Source of the DNA: Octopus vulgaris
Taxonomy: Eukaryota
Direction of reading: 5' to 3'
NCBI GenBank assembly: GCA_951406725.2
Contig: OX597828.1
Coordinates: 21,266,001 to 21,330,000 of the forward strand
Length of the DNA: 64,000 nt
Position 1 is the stretch's first letter. Every line of letters begins with the position of its first letter. The position numbers and the translations under genes are program-made. Positions 31,250 to 44,650 of the stretch are shown here, in pieces. The notes beneath the pieces are model-generated. The model saw nothing but the letters and a program-made list of their open reading frames with translations. It did not search any database and was not told where the DNA came from.

Positions 31250-33169
31250 TTGCCCTGATGCAGTACCAGGCAGTGGCTCACGTGGCTTCTAATCTTAACT
31301 GGTTGGGAGTGTTATCACGTACATTGTTTTGTCTTGGTATAAAGATGGGCTACAGCAAATATTCTGCTCAATACCACAGATTAGTGGCTAACGATATGTG
31401 CATCTCTGATCACGAGCAGAAGTAGTGAGGGAGCATCATAACCATGTGCTGAAAGGAATTCTGTGGGGTTTGAATAATTCACCTTTGGAAACATGGGTGT
31501 TTCGTTCAACATCCTTAAACAACAGCGATAATCTGCCCAATTTTCAAGAAAGGGAGCCGCGAAGACCCACTTAACTACCGGCCGGTTTCCCTTACTTCAA
31601 TAATCAGCAAGATGTTCGAAATCATCCTTAAGAAGAGTATGTTGCTCCACCTCCAAGACACAGCCTCTATCTCTGATTCCCAATACGGCTTCGTGCCGAA
31701 GAGATCATGCTTGACCAACTTACTGGTAATGGAAGAATTGGTGACGCGTATCCTGCATGATGGTGATACTGTTGACATCGTTTTATTGGACTTTGCTAAA
31801 GCTTTTGACTCGGTAAACCACCGCCTATTACTTGTCAAGCTTCAAGCATATAGTTTCCATCCGGATATTGTACGATGGGTTGGTGCCTTCCTCTCAGATC
31901 ACTCCTTCCAAGTCCAAGTTAATGGTTCGCTGTCCGACGTCTCCAGTGCGAGCAGTGGCGTGCCTCAAGGTTCAGTGCTTGGGCCCTTATTGTTCTTAGT
32001 CTTCATAAATGACTTGCCCGACGACCTCACACAACACACCCTTCTATTTGCCGATGATGTCAAACTGGTCGCTCCTCGCGGTGATGTACATGATTTTCGT
32101 CGATGCCTCCACCAAGTTTGGAGATGGTCTAACGAATGGGACCTGTGCCTGAACGTGTCAAAGTGCTGTCATCTGCCTGTTGGCTCTACTCCTGCAACTC
32201 AACTTGATTTCGAGCTGGGTCGTCTGCTGCTGGAGAGGACCGACCAGGTAAAGGACCTGGGTATCTTGGTGGATTCTTCCTTTTCGCCTTCGGCCCAGTG
32301 CGTCCATGCTGCCAACAAAGCACGCGGAGTTCTGTTTTTGATTCGTCGGTCATTCGGAATGCTCACAGCAGCCATATTCCTACCGCTCTATGTCACACTG
32401 GTGAGACCCATATTGGAGTAAGGGATTCAAGCCTCTGCTCCTTATCTCCTCAAAGACATACATCATCTCGAAAGAGTCCAGTAGCTGGCTACCCGCTTGG
32501 TTCTTGGTCTCAAGCATTTGTCTTATGAAGAAAGGCTGAAGACGCTTGACCTTTATTCTCTAGAAAAACGACGACGCCGTGGTGATCTCATTCTTGCTCA
32601 CAACATCATAAACGGAAAGTGTAACCTCTCGAAAGAGCTGTTCTTCACTCCTGCTCCAGAGCGTTGGCTGCGGGGTCACTCCGAAAAGCTCTATCTGCGA
32701 CGATTTCATCTCAATCGAAGGAGAGGGGCTTTCTCCGTCCCGGTTGCCGATCCGTGGAATAAGCTGCCGGACGAGATAGTGAAGATGCTGACGACAGCTC
32801 GGTTCAAAGTCTCTCTTGACCAGAAATGGCATGAACTCTTTGCACGAACACTACCCTGTACATAACTCCATGTCCCCCTACATGGCCTTGCTTTTTGCTT
32901 CTTGAGCCAAAAAATTAACTTAACTTAACAACCCTTATTCAGGGACCTTTTGTGCGGGATGGGTTACTCGACCAGAAGAAAATCCTAACTGGGCCCCACC
33001 TGCAAGGTCATGTGCTTTTTATCTTGATATGAGATCACCATGTCGCGCACATATGGTTGTGGTGCATGTGTCTAGTGTACCCTTACCAGACGGTAGTCAT
33101 GATGGGTATACTGGACTTCGTATATTTTAACCCAGTATCACTTTGATGGCATGCAATCCTCTCTCACTC

Positions 33170-33170
<1 letters not shown>
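31250..33170. mobile_element. (TAA)n-flanked non-coding repeat split by a LINE insertion (parts 31250-31523 and ~32930-33170)
   Basis: uninterrupted homolog in reverse orientation at ~57200-57685. Confidence 0.7.
31524..32929 (+). mobile_element. 5'-truncated CR1/L2-like LINE with reverse transcriptase pseudogene
   Basis: PIFKKG..NYRPVSLTS, QYGF, LDFAKAFDSV, GVPQGSVLGPLLF, FADD, KDLG, LYSLEKRR; in-frame stops at ~32419 and ~32482; (TTAAC)n tail. Confidence 0.95.
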
Positions 33171-33228
<58 letters not shown>

Positions 33229-33231
<3 letters not shown>

Positions 33232-34414
33232 AAACAAGAAATCATACCACCTAACAAATATGAAGAAGAAGAAGAAGAAGAAGAAGAAGAAGAAGAAGAA
33301 GAAGAAGAAGAAGAAGAAGAAGAAGAAGAAGAAGAAGAAGAGGAGGAGGAGAAGAAGAAGAAGAAGAAGAAGAAGAAGAAGAAGAAGAAGAAGAAGAAGA
33401 AGAAGAAGAAGAAGACACAACAAAAGCTATAAAACAAATGAAATCCAAAATAAAACTAGAACAGTAACGGACCATGATAAAACGATGTCAAGAAAAGCCC
33501 CTTCATGGCAAATACTGGACTAAACTAAACGCAAATGAAATAGACAAAGAAAAATCCCAGCAATGGTTGAGAAGCTGAGGACTCAAAGCAGAGACAGAGG
33601 GATTTTTAATTGCAGCACAAAACCAAAGCTTCCCCACCAGAAATTACCAAAAACATATAATGAAAATTAATAGTTATCGCCACACTAATATGGCAATCTT
33701 ATAAATATTTTAATATTTCTATTATATAATGAAAAGAAATATAACAAGTAACTGCAGAATATGTGGAGATTGACAAGAAACAATAAATCATATTATCTCT
33801 GGCTGCCCAGTCCTGGCTAAGAAGGAATATATTCACAGACACGACAGAGTTAGGACCTACATACACTGGAAGCTATGCCAACATTATGGAATAACAACAG
33901 AAAAAAGATGGTATAGGCACACACCAGAAAAGGTCACAGAAAACGAGAAAGCGACCATACTCTGGGATATGCCAATACACACAGACAGAGAAATTAAGGC
34001 CAACAGACCAGATATAGTTGTCAGGGATCATGAAGAAAAAAAATACTTTCTAATTGATGTATCAATACCAGCAGATGACAACGTGTCTCTAAAAGAAATG
34101 GAGAAACTTTCAAAATACAAAGACCTGGAAATCGAGGTAACTAGAATGTGGAATCTAAAAACAGAAAAATTCCTATCATAGTAGGTACATTAGGCATGAT
34201 AAAAAAATATTCAGACAAATACATAACAAAAATACCAGGACTTACAAACACATATAACATACAGAAAATTGCACTACTGGGCACTGCACACATCCTACGC
34301 AGAACACTTTCAATACAGTAACCATCAGAGCATCACGACAAATCACAGCACATACCCAAGGCACACAGAGCTGCGCTCGTAGTGAAGTGAAAGCACGCTA
34401 TAAAAATAAAACTA

Positions 34415-34418
<4 letters not shown>
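33229..34418 (+). mobile_element. R4/Dong-type non-LTR element C-terminal region (CCHC zinc knuckle plus restriction-like endonuclease)
   Basis: KPLHG, ETEGFLIAAQ, CRICG..ETINHIISGC, RHD, NRPDIV, IDVSIP, EKLSKYKDL; flanked by (TAA)n. Confidence 0.92.
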
Positions 34419-34474
<56 letters not shown>

Positions 34475-34615
34475 CCTTTCTACTGGAGGAACAAGGTACG
34501 AAATTCGTGGGGAGGGCTTAGGTCGATTTCATCGACCCTCAGTGTTTCATTGGTACTTAATATATATATATATATACACACACACATGCACACATACACA
34601 CACACACACACTTAC

Positions 34616-34677
<62 letters not shown>

Positions 34678-34706
34678 ACACACACACACACACACTTACA
34701 CACATA

Positions 34707-34784
<78 letters not shown>

Positions 34785-35130
34785 CATATATTCGGCACAG
34801 TCCATGCAGTTTTAAAAGGAGGAGAAAACTGATTACATCATCCCTTGCGTGGAATCGGTACTTATTTTATCGAACGCGAAAGGACGAATGACAGAGTCAG
34901 TCTTTGGCGGAATGTGAACTAATAATGTCGAGAGCCAAAAGAAATGTCGCCAAACATTTTAGGCTCCACTTTCGAGTCTCGTCTTTTTCCAGGTCTTTGT
35001 ATTTTGAAAGTTTATCCGTTTCTTTTAGAGAAACATCATCATCTGTTGGTATTAATACATCGATTAGAAAGCATTTTTGTTGTTATATTTTGTTGTTGTT
35101 GTTGTTGTTGTTGTTATTATTATTATTATT

Positions 35131-35445
35131 ATTCTATGTTTGACTTTTGCTTTATATTTGTACAAGTTGGCTCCAAGTCTCACCCAGAGACCTCAAGAGA
35201 CAACAGGGTTGGAAGTTCATGTTGTTGTTATGCCTAGTGTGCCATATATTTGGGGGGGGTGGGGGTGTTGTACTAATGAATGTCTAAAAAAGGTTTTTTT
35301 ATTTTTTTAATTTTTTTTTATTTTTTATTTATTTATTTATTTTTTTAAACCGAAAATTATGTTTGTTTTAAACCTTGAGATTACATAGAAAGTATTTTGC
35401 GTAGGATATGAGCAGTTCCCATGAGCACTATCTTTTGAATTTCTG
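35131..35445 (-). mobile_element. R4/Dong-type 3' end in (TTA)n
   Basis: reverse complement of 30955-31228. Confidence 0.85.
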
Positions 35446-35538
<93 letters not shown>

Positions 35539-35540
<2 letters not shown>

Positions 35541-35937
35541 AGCTGCGAGCTGGCGGAATCGTTAGTACACCGGTCGAAATGCTTAACGGTATTTCGTCTG
35601 CCGCTACGTTCTGAGTTTAAATTCCATCGAGATCGACTTTGCCTTTCATCCTTTCGGGGTCGATAAATTAAGTACCAGTTACGCACTGGGATCGATGTAA
35701 TCGACTTAATACCTATGTCTGTCCTTGTTTGTCCCCTCTATGTTTAGCCCCTTGTGGGCAATAAAGAAATAGGTATTTCGTCTGCCGCTACGTTCTGAGT
35801 TTAAATTCCATCGAGGTCGACTTTGCCTTTCATCCTTTCGGGGTCGGTTAATTAAGTACCAGTTACACACTGGGGTCGATGTAATTGACTTAATCCCTTG
35901 CCCCAAATTTGAAGCCTTGTGCTTCCAGTAGAAAGGA
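35539..35937 (+). mobile_element. SINE family A head-to-tail dimer (184-bp period)
   Basis: GGTATTTCGTCTGCC at 35588 and 35772. Confidence 0.85.
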
Positions 35938-36075
35938 TCATCATCATCATCATCATCATTATTATTATTATTATTATTATTATTTTATTATTATTATTAT
36001 TATTATTGTTGTTGTTGTTGTTGTTGTTGTTGTTATTATTATTTATTATTATTATTATTATTGTTGTTGTTGTTG

Positions 36076-36161
<86 letters not shown>

Positions 36162-36163
<2 letters not shown>

Positions 36164-36410
36164 GGCTGCGAGCTGGCAGAATCGTTAGCACGCCGGACGA
36201 AATGCTTAACTGTATTTCGTCTGCCACTACGTTCTGAGTTCGAATTCCACCGAGGTCGACTTTGCCTTTCATCCTTTGGAATGAGCGCGTCGGACAAAAT
36301 CCATTAACGGTATTTCTTCTTGCTCTTTTTCGTTCTGAGCTCAAATCCCGCCGAGATCATCCTTGCCTTCCATCTTTTTTATAATCGATGAAATAAAATC
36401 TGTCAACTAC
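36162..36410 (+). mobile_element. SINE family A partial copies
   Basis: consensus match. Confidence 0.7.
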
Positions 36411-36798
36411 AAGTTCTGGTGGGAAGGAAGGGCTGTGCGGTCGGTGTCATCGTACAATCCATCCTCTTAATATTGTTGGCCCTGTGTCAACATGCGAAAC
36501 AATCATTAGATACTTTTTTGCAACTCTGTACATGTTTTTAAAAATTGAAGTGCTTTCCACGCCCACACTCTGTAGTAAATAATATTTCATTTCCATCTCG
36601 AAAAAAAAAAATAACCACCCACCCCAAACATACATACATATATACATACATACATACATACATACATATGTACATACACACATACATAAGCGCGCTCACA
36701 CACATACACACACATGTAATTTTACGATGCTGAGCCTCTTTTTCTCTCTACTCCCTCCCTCTCTCTATATATATATCTATATATATGCAATATATGTA

Positions 36799-36880
<82 letters not shown>

Positions 36881-38054
36881 GCATACACTGTGATACACGA
36901 TCCCTATTGATCGTTTCTTTTCCTCTCCCCCTTTTTTCCTCTTTTTTCTTCTTTTTTCATTTTTCTTTTCTTTTTTTCCCTTTTTTCTTTTTTTCTTTTC
37001 CTTTTTTCTTTTTTCTTTTTTTTCCTTTTTTCTTTTTCTTTTTTTTTCTTTTCCTTTTTTTCTTTTTTTTTTCTTTTTCTTTTGTTCTTTCTTCCCTTTT
37101 ACGATCCCTTTTGATCGAAAACCTACGCCACCTTTTTTTTTTTTCTCCCTCGAAAGAAAAGCTCTACCTTGTAACTTGTCCCATCTGTGTGCAGCCCTGT
37201 GTGGCCAATAAAGAAACTTATCTTGCATACATACATATATACATACATACATACATACATACATATACATACATACATACATACATACATACATACATAC
37301 ATACATACATACATACATTACATACATAATACATACATACAGACATTAACACACACATGTGTATACACATAAAGTTAAATATACAATAAATTACATAATT
37401 AATACTAAGATTAGTGTATGCTATCGATATAATTACACGTGTTATTCGTACCTGGTTACCCTTCTAAAGAAAAAAAAAGAAGCTAAATATAAACATAAGA
37501 TCAATATACATGTTATGTATTTCTGTTAATCAATGTTTTTGAAATCCTGATTTATCCGTTAAAATAATAGTTAATAGTTATTAATGATGTGTAATTTTGT
37601 TAGCATAAACATTATGAAAATGTCAGCCAAAAGTAACAAGCACCAAATTTATAAACATGGAGAATTACAGTAAATTATATAATTAATACTAAGATCGATG
37701 TATGTTAATGATGAATTTATACCCGTAATTTGAATGGCGAATTTAAGTACCTAAACATCGCAGAAAGGTTTAGCTCTGGGTGTATGTTTTTTTTTTCCTG
37801 ACTGTTAGTTAAGATAGCGTGATGAATCGAAAATAAGTCGGGAATTAAAAAGTGAAAAAAAAAAAAATGAAAATCCAAGATGGAGGCTCGCAAAAATTAT
37901 GACTCGTTGTGATATTTGATTCAGTGGTTCAGTGTTATTTGATTCCTTAAAAAAATGCCATAAAACTACATTTTCATGAAAATAAAATTAATATTGAAAT
38001 TTTAGAAGATATCCTATTCACTCTTTTGTTAAGATTATCTCTACCTTTTTTGGG

Positions 38055-38352
38055 AAGCACTCCGTCGGTTACGACGACGAGGGTTCCGGTTGATCCGATC
38101 AACGGAACAGCCTGCTCGTGAAATTAACGTGTATGTGGCTGAGCACTCCACAGACACGTGTACCCTTAACGTAGTTCTCGGGGATATTCAGCGTGACACA
38201 GAGAGTGACAAGGCCGGCCCTTTGAAATACAGGTACAAGAAAAACAGGAAGTAAGAGTGAGAGAAAGTTGTGGTGAAAGAGTCTGGGAATCGAAACCGCG
38301 ATCCTACGACCGCGAGTCCACTGCCCTAACCACTGGGCCATTGCGCCTCCAC
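38055..38352 (-). mobile_element. SINE family B copy with internal deletion
   Basis: matches 44270-44650 but lacks the ~80-bp middle segment. Confidence 0.85.
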
Positions 38353-39331
38353 TATCTCTACCTATGTTCTATAAAAATTAAAGCCCGCATTGATTTTGTT
38401 TCGACGTTTCGTATACGAGACACCAGATGTAAACAAACAACGAGATCGAAGACGAAAAATGGGTAATGAGCGTATACGACACATTCCAGGAATTTAATAT
38501 ATTTTGTAGCATATTTATGGTTGCCTAATGAAATACGGAGTCCCTAGAAGTCATTAATATTTACATAACAGCTTCCAAGAATATGTTTAACATGTAAAAT
38601 TCTATTCTTTTCTAGGCACAAGGCTCGAAATTTTTGGGTTGGGGACCGGTCGATTAGATCGACCCCAGTACGCAACTGGTACTTAATTTATTGACCCTTT
38701 CTCTCACTCTCTCTTCCTATTTCTTGAGTAACGCTGCGATGGACTGGCGTCTCGTCCAGCTGGGAGGAACACATACGTCGCACAAACCGGGAAACCGGGC
38801 CCATGAGCCTGGCTAGGCGTGAAAAAGGCGACGCTTATCGTTATATATCAATCTATCTATCTATATATACACACACACACATATATAGTTAGTTTGAGTC
38901 ACAAAATCATCCCCCTTTTAAAATGACGTAGAAAAATCTGTCATATTAAACATTCATTTCTTATTCAGGATCTAATTTGTTTCATTCACAAAATTTGCAT
39001 TTTTAGAAAGGAACTAAAAATTTGAAAATTGGTTATATCGATGCAGTTTTCCACGCTTATTCCTGTGAAGCCATGAACTTCTGGGGAAATATTTGACACA
39101 CGTTTTGTTTTAATTCGTGGTTTTAAGATACGGACAGTTCGAAATCTACCATCCGTTTCTCTTTATAATTTCCAAATAATTTTTTAAATACTTCAAAATC
39201 AAAATTGCGTAAATATGTGTGCCAGAAACAGTAGTTAGTAATGAAGGAAATAGATTTTTGGGAGATCTCTTATTATACAAATATATATACACACACATTC
39301 ATTTTTACAGAGTTAGTTTTATGCACATCCT

Positions 39332-39390
<59 letters not shown>

Positions 39391-39529
39391 AAATATTTCG
39401 GCATATCAACGCAAATGTGCCCCAAAGATTTGCTTCTTCATAACCTTGAGAAAATTAAATACTTCTTTCCTACAAATATGTTTCAGATCGTGTAGATTCC
39501 GATTAAATTGGAATTCCTTGTGTATATGT

Positions 39530-39740
39530 GGAGGTGTGTGGGGGTGTGGTTAAGGTGTTACACTCATGATGCGTTGTGTTCTGGAGCAACGCACTTTACT
39601 TCACGTTGTTCCCGTTCAGTCGACTGGCAAAAATGAATAACCTTGCGACAGACCGGCTTCCCGACCAGTGGGGAAATAGTTACGTCACAGAATCCCGTTA
39701 ACCGGCCTAAGAAGGAGCATATGGCTCGCAAAGGACCTTT
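39530..39740 (+). mobile_element. degenerate SINE family C
   Basis: GTTGTGTTC..GAGCAA..CACTTTA core. Confidence 0.55.
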
Positions 39741-39759
39741 GATATTTTCATATATATAT

Positions 39760-39807
<48 letters not shown>

Positions 39808-39834
39808 ATACACACACACACATACACACACACG

Positions 39835-39994
39835 CACAGGCGTGGGTGTGTTGTAAGAAGCTTGTTTACCAACCACATGCTTCCGGGTTCGGTTTCGCTG
39901 TGCGGCATCTTGGCTAAGTGTCCTCTAATATAGCCTCGGGCCGACCAAAGTTTTGTGAGTGGATTTGGTAGACGGAAACTGAAAGAAGCCCGTC

Positions 39995-40032
<38 letters not shown>

Positions 40033-40248
40033 GTGTGTGTCAGTGTTTGTCTATCCGCCATCGCTTTACAACCGATGTTTATGTGTTTATGTACCCGTAA
40101 CTTAGCGGTTCGGCAAAAGAGACCATTAGAATAAGTACTAGGCTAACAAGGAATAAGTCTTGGGTCGATTTCTTCGACCAACACCCTTTAAGGCGGTGCT
40201 CCAGCATGGCCGTAGTCAAATGACTGAAACAAATAAAAGAATAAAAGA
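39835..40248 (+). mobile_element. full-length SINE family D with internal (TA)n(TG)n
   Basis: head 39835-39996, microsatellite, 3' half 40045-40248 ending CCAGCATGGCC...CTGAAAC AAATAAAAGAATAAAAGA. Confidence 0.8.
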
Positions 40249-40252
40249 CTAT

Positions 40253-40289
<37 letters not shown>

Positions 40290-40702
40290 CACACATATAT
40301 ATATACACACATATATATATATATACACACACACATATATATATATATATACACGCACGCACACACACGACCCCATATATATATGTATGTTTACATATAT
40401 CGTCGTCGATTCTATCTCGTATCCGAGACTTTATTTTTTCTTCTTTGCTGAACGCTTCCTTTTTGGTGATGCTGCAGATTCCTCTGTTGACCAATTCTTG
40501 CATAGAACTGATGGCAGTGACTGCATGGTAATGTTGGTGAAGGATGAGGCTTGTTTTGTCGAGCCTTTCTCTCCTTTCCTTTGATTTCTTCCTTTCCTCT
40601 TCTGCTGGCTTCGAAGTTTTTGGTTCCGATGGGGATGGAACATTACCGATTGGTACGGTATCGGATTTGTGTTTCGAACGTACGTTTATTGACAGATCTA
40701 TG

Positions 40703-41465
40703 CACTCGTTCACTCACTCACTCACTCACTAACTCGCTTGCTCATTCACTCACTCACTCGCTTGCTCATTCACTCATTCACTCACTCACTCACTCACTTG
40801 TTCACTCATTCACTCACTCCCCCCTCTCTCCTTCCCCCTCCTTCTCTCACTCACTCACTCATTCACTCACTCACTCACTCACTCACTCGCATGTTCACTC
40901 ACTCACTCACTCGTTTGCTCACTCACCCATTTGCTCAATCACTCGTTTGCTCAATCACTCGGTTGCTTACATACTCACTCACTCACTCGCTTGCTCACTC
41001 ACTCACTCACTCACTCACTCACTCACTCACTCACTCACTCACTCACTCGTTTGCTCACTCACTCAGTTGCTCAATCACTCGTTTGCTCAATCACTCGGTT
41101 GCTCACATACTCACTCACTCACTCGCATGTTCACTCACTCACTCACTCATCACTCACTCACTCACTCACTCGTTTGTTCACTCACTCGTTTGCTCAATCA
41201 CTCGGTTGCTCATATGCTCACTCACTCGCTTGCTCATTCACTCTTTCTCTCACTCACTCACTCGCTTGCTCACTCTCTCTTTTACTCAGTTAGTCAGTCA
41301 GTTAGTCACTCACTCACTCACTCACTTGCTCACTCACGCACTCATTCAGTCACTCACTCACTCACCCACTCATTCACTCACTCCCTGACTCACTCACTCA
41401 CTCACTCACTCACTCACTCATTCACTCCCTCACTCATTCTCTCACTCACTAACTCATTCATTCAC
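40703..41465. repeat. complex (CACT)n tetranucleotide array
   Basis: direct reading; interspersed GTTTGCTCAATCACTCGG variant. Confidence 0.9.
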
Positions 41466-41824
41466 AACATAATCCCTCACTCATACTCGAACATTACTTC
41501 TCCTCCCTTCTCATCCTTCCCATTCTGCCCATCCCTCTTTAATTCCTTTACTCATTTAAACAAATACCCACTGTTTCATTTATTCACCCAGGCGCTCTTC
41601 TCTCTCCCCTCCTCCGCTCCCCTAATCTATTCTACCACCCATCTTTTACATACCCTTTCCTCTCCATCTTCTTCCTCTTTTATTCTTACCAATCAATGTA
41701 GTAAGTATTATTCTGTCTCTCTATTTCTCTCTCTTTCCAAATCCCTCTCTCTCTCCATGCATAAATGGATATATACATAGATACATGCATACATACACAC
41801 ACACATACGTATATACGTACGTAC

Positions 41825-41976
<152 letters not shown>

Positions 41977-42219
41977 ATGTGTGTGTCAGTGTATATAGGG
42001 ATACAGTGAGAGAGAGGGAGAGAGAGAGGGGGAGAGAGAGAAAGAGAAAGAGAGAGGCGGGGGAAGCAACAATTCATTGATTTCCAACTTTGCTTCCTCT
42101 AAAGACTGAAGAGTGCTCAAACATGTCTACCGCCGTCAGACATGTCAACATTGTACAGCTTTATTAGACACATTGTCTGTGGTGGTGGTATTCATGTCGA
42201 ACTATACAATAACACACAG

Positions 42220-42253
<34 letters not shown>

Positions 42254-42363
42254 ACACACACACATACTCATATTTATGTTTAACGCAATCCATACGCACA
42301 CACATGCACGCGCACACATAAATATACATATACGAATATATATGTGGATGACTATATACATAC

Positions 42364-42432
<69 letters not shown>

Positions 42433-42612
42433 TATATACATATATATATACATATACACACACACATATATATATGTATATGTATATATACACAGAGCTA
42501 GCTAGATAGATAGATGGAAAGAAAGAGAGAGAGAGAGAAAGAGAAAGATAGAAGAAAAGAGAGAGTGGTCTTTTCTGGTTTGTGCAGGTAGACGTTTACA
42601 CATGCATGTATT

Positions 42613-42652
<40 letters not shown>

Positions 42653-42662
42653 CATACATACA

Positions 42663-42723
<61 letters not shown>

Positions 42724-43024
42724 CAGTGTCTGTGGGTTTATAAGCACAAAGGGATGAAAAGAGCACTTAATACATTGTGAAAAGTTTGTATATACTTTAT
42801 ATAACTTATAAATAAGTTTTCAGTTGATGATTCGCTCCATTTTCTATTCTCTGAAAGACGTTTGTTCTCAGTCGCCAAGGTTATTGCTCCCTCAAACGGT
42901 CAAAACTTTTTCAGACCGGGAGAAAGATAAACTGTACGACTATAATTGAAGGAAAGCAGCGAAACCAGGATCAGAAAGGGAAGCAATTCTTAGTAACCCA
43001 TGATTTTTTATTTTTTTCGAATTA

Positions 43025-43215
43025 CTAAGCTGGTGAGCGGGTAGAATGCTTGACGGATTTTTCTTCCGTCTTTACGTTTTGGGTCCAGATTATGTCGAGG
43101 TCACCTTCGTCTCTCATCCTTTCGGAGTCGATAAAATAAATACCATTTGAGCATTGGGGGTCGATGAAATCGACTTTCCCCCAAATTTCCGGCCTTGTAG
43201 CTGTTGTATAAAGGA
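43025..43215 (+). mobile_element. degenerate SINE family A
   Basis: CATCCTTTCGGAGTCGATAAA core. Confidence 0.65.
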
Positions 43216-43499
43216 TTTTACGCGGTTATTTCATTGACTCTGCAGTGCTCAGAAATTTTCTGGAGATTTCACGAGTCTCTTGTTAAGAGATACCACAGGC
43301 TGCTTCAATATCTGATCTCATGAAAAGCCTATTGTCACACGATCTGTTTGGATGAGAGCAATTCTATAGACAATATTCCAAGTTGAAGAAGGGTGATGAA
43401 AACATTTGTCTTGGAGTTTTAGATAAATTATGGCTGATATTACTCTAAAAGAACATAAATGCCGATGATAAAATATGATACAAACATAGTTGAAATTTA

Positions 43500-43685
43500 T
43501 TAAAAAAAAAAGAAACAAAAGACGAAGACAGGTGTATGAACAACAAGAAGATGTATTAGTTTGATGCTCGGAGAAAATGAGAAAGTCTTTTATGTTTCGA
43601 GCCTACGCTCTTCAGCAGAAGGGAATAAGAAAAAATAAACAGAGAATAAACAAACTTGTGGATTTAACAATCAAGCATGGCGACT
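43500..43685 (-). mobile_element. family E copy; hammerhead-like motif at 43586-43623
   Basis: reverse complement: CCCTT-CTGCTGAA-GAGC GTAG GCTC-GAAA-CA-TA-AAAGA. Confidence 0.7.
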
Positions 43686-43703
43686 AATACATACATACAT
43701 ACA

Positions 43704-43737
<34 letters not shown>

Positions 43738-44269
43738 CATACATACATACATACATACATACATACATAAACACACACACAGATACATGTATTGCATTTA
43801 CATACGTACATCCAATATAAGGGTTAAGTTGCCCAAGGACATGTACGGTGAAATTGTGAAAGCAATTTTAATCGATAAAGAAAAATATAGCAAGTTGAAG
43901 GGAAAATGTAAAGTTAAACCACGAGGCTTCGTGGTGGAGTTCGATGAACTGCCACTAGTAGTAGAACTAAGGGAAATAGAACCATGCATAAGATATTAAA
44001 AAAAAAGAAAAAAAGAGTAAACAAAATGATACTATTAGGAAAAACAAAGAAAAAGAAAAAGATTATAAACTGAAGGTAAGAACGTTCAAATCGTACCGCA
44101 TGCAGCCATTTCATCAACATCATTTCATTATACATTTTTCATTTTTCGTTCGTTTTGTCTTTTGTCCCCACTGCGGTGTTCCGTCTGTCCTTGTGTTGTC
44201 CCTTTTGTGTTAAAGGCTGAGTACTTAATAAAAGAATTACATACGTACTTGCACATATACGTGCATACG

Positions 44270-44650
44270 TGGAGGCGCAATGGCCCAGTGGTTAGGGCAG
44301 TGGACTCGCGGTCGTAGGATCGCGGTTTCGATTCCCAGACCGGGCGTTGTGAGTGTTTATTGAGCGAAAACAACTAAAGCGCCACGAGGCTCCGGCAGGG
44401 ATGGTGGTGATCCCTGCTGTACTCTTTCACCACAACTTTCTCTCACTCTTACTTCCTGTTTCTGTTGTACCTGTATTTCAAAGGGCCGGCCTTGTCACTC
44501 TCTGTGTCACGCTGAATATCCCCGAGAACTACGTTAAGGGTACACGTGTCTGTGGAGTGCTCAGCCACTTACACGTTAATTTCACGAGCAGGCTGTTCCG
44601 TTGATCGGATCAACCGGAACCCTCGTCGTCGTAACCGACGGAGTGCTTCC
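44270..44650 (+). mobile_element. full-length tRNA-derived SINE family B
   Basis: A-box TGGCCCAGTGG, B-box GGTTTCGATTCCC; multiple copies in the window. Confidence 0.9.

Noticed and set aside
42102-42132. CTGAAGAGTGCTCAAACATGTC
   Set aside because: G12 is missing and there is no stem I
43787-43999. 70-aa ORF of ordinary composition
   Set aside because: No recognisable motif or splice context
44270-44345. tRNA-like sequence with A and B boxes
   Set aside because: It is the head of a multi-copy SINE, not a tRNA gene
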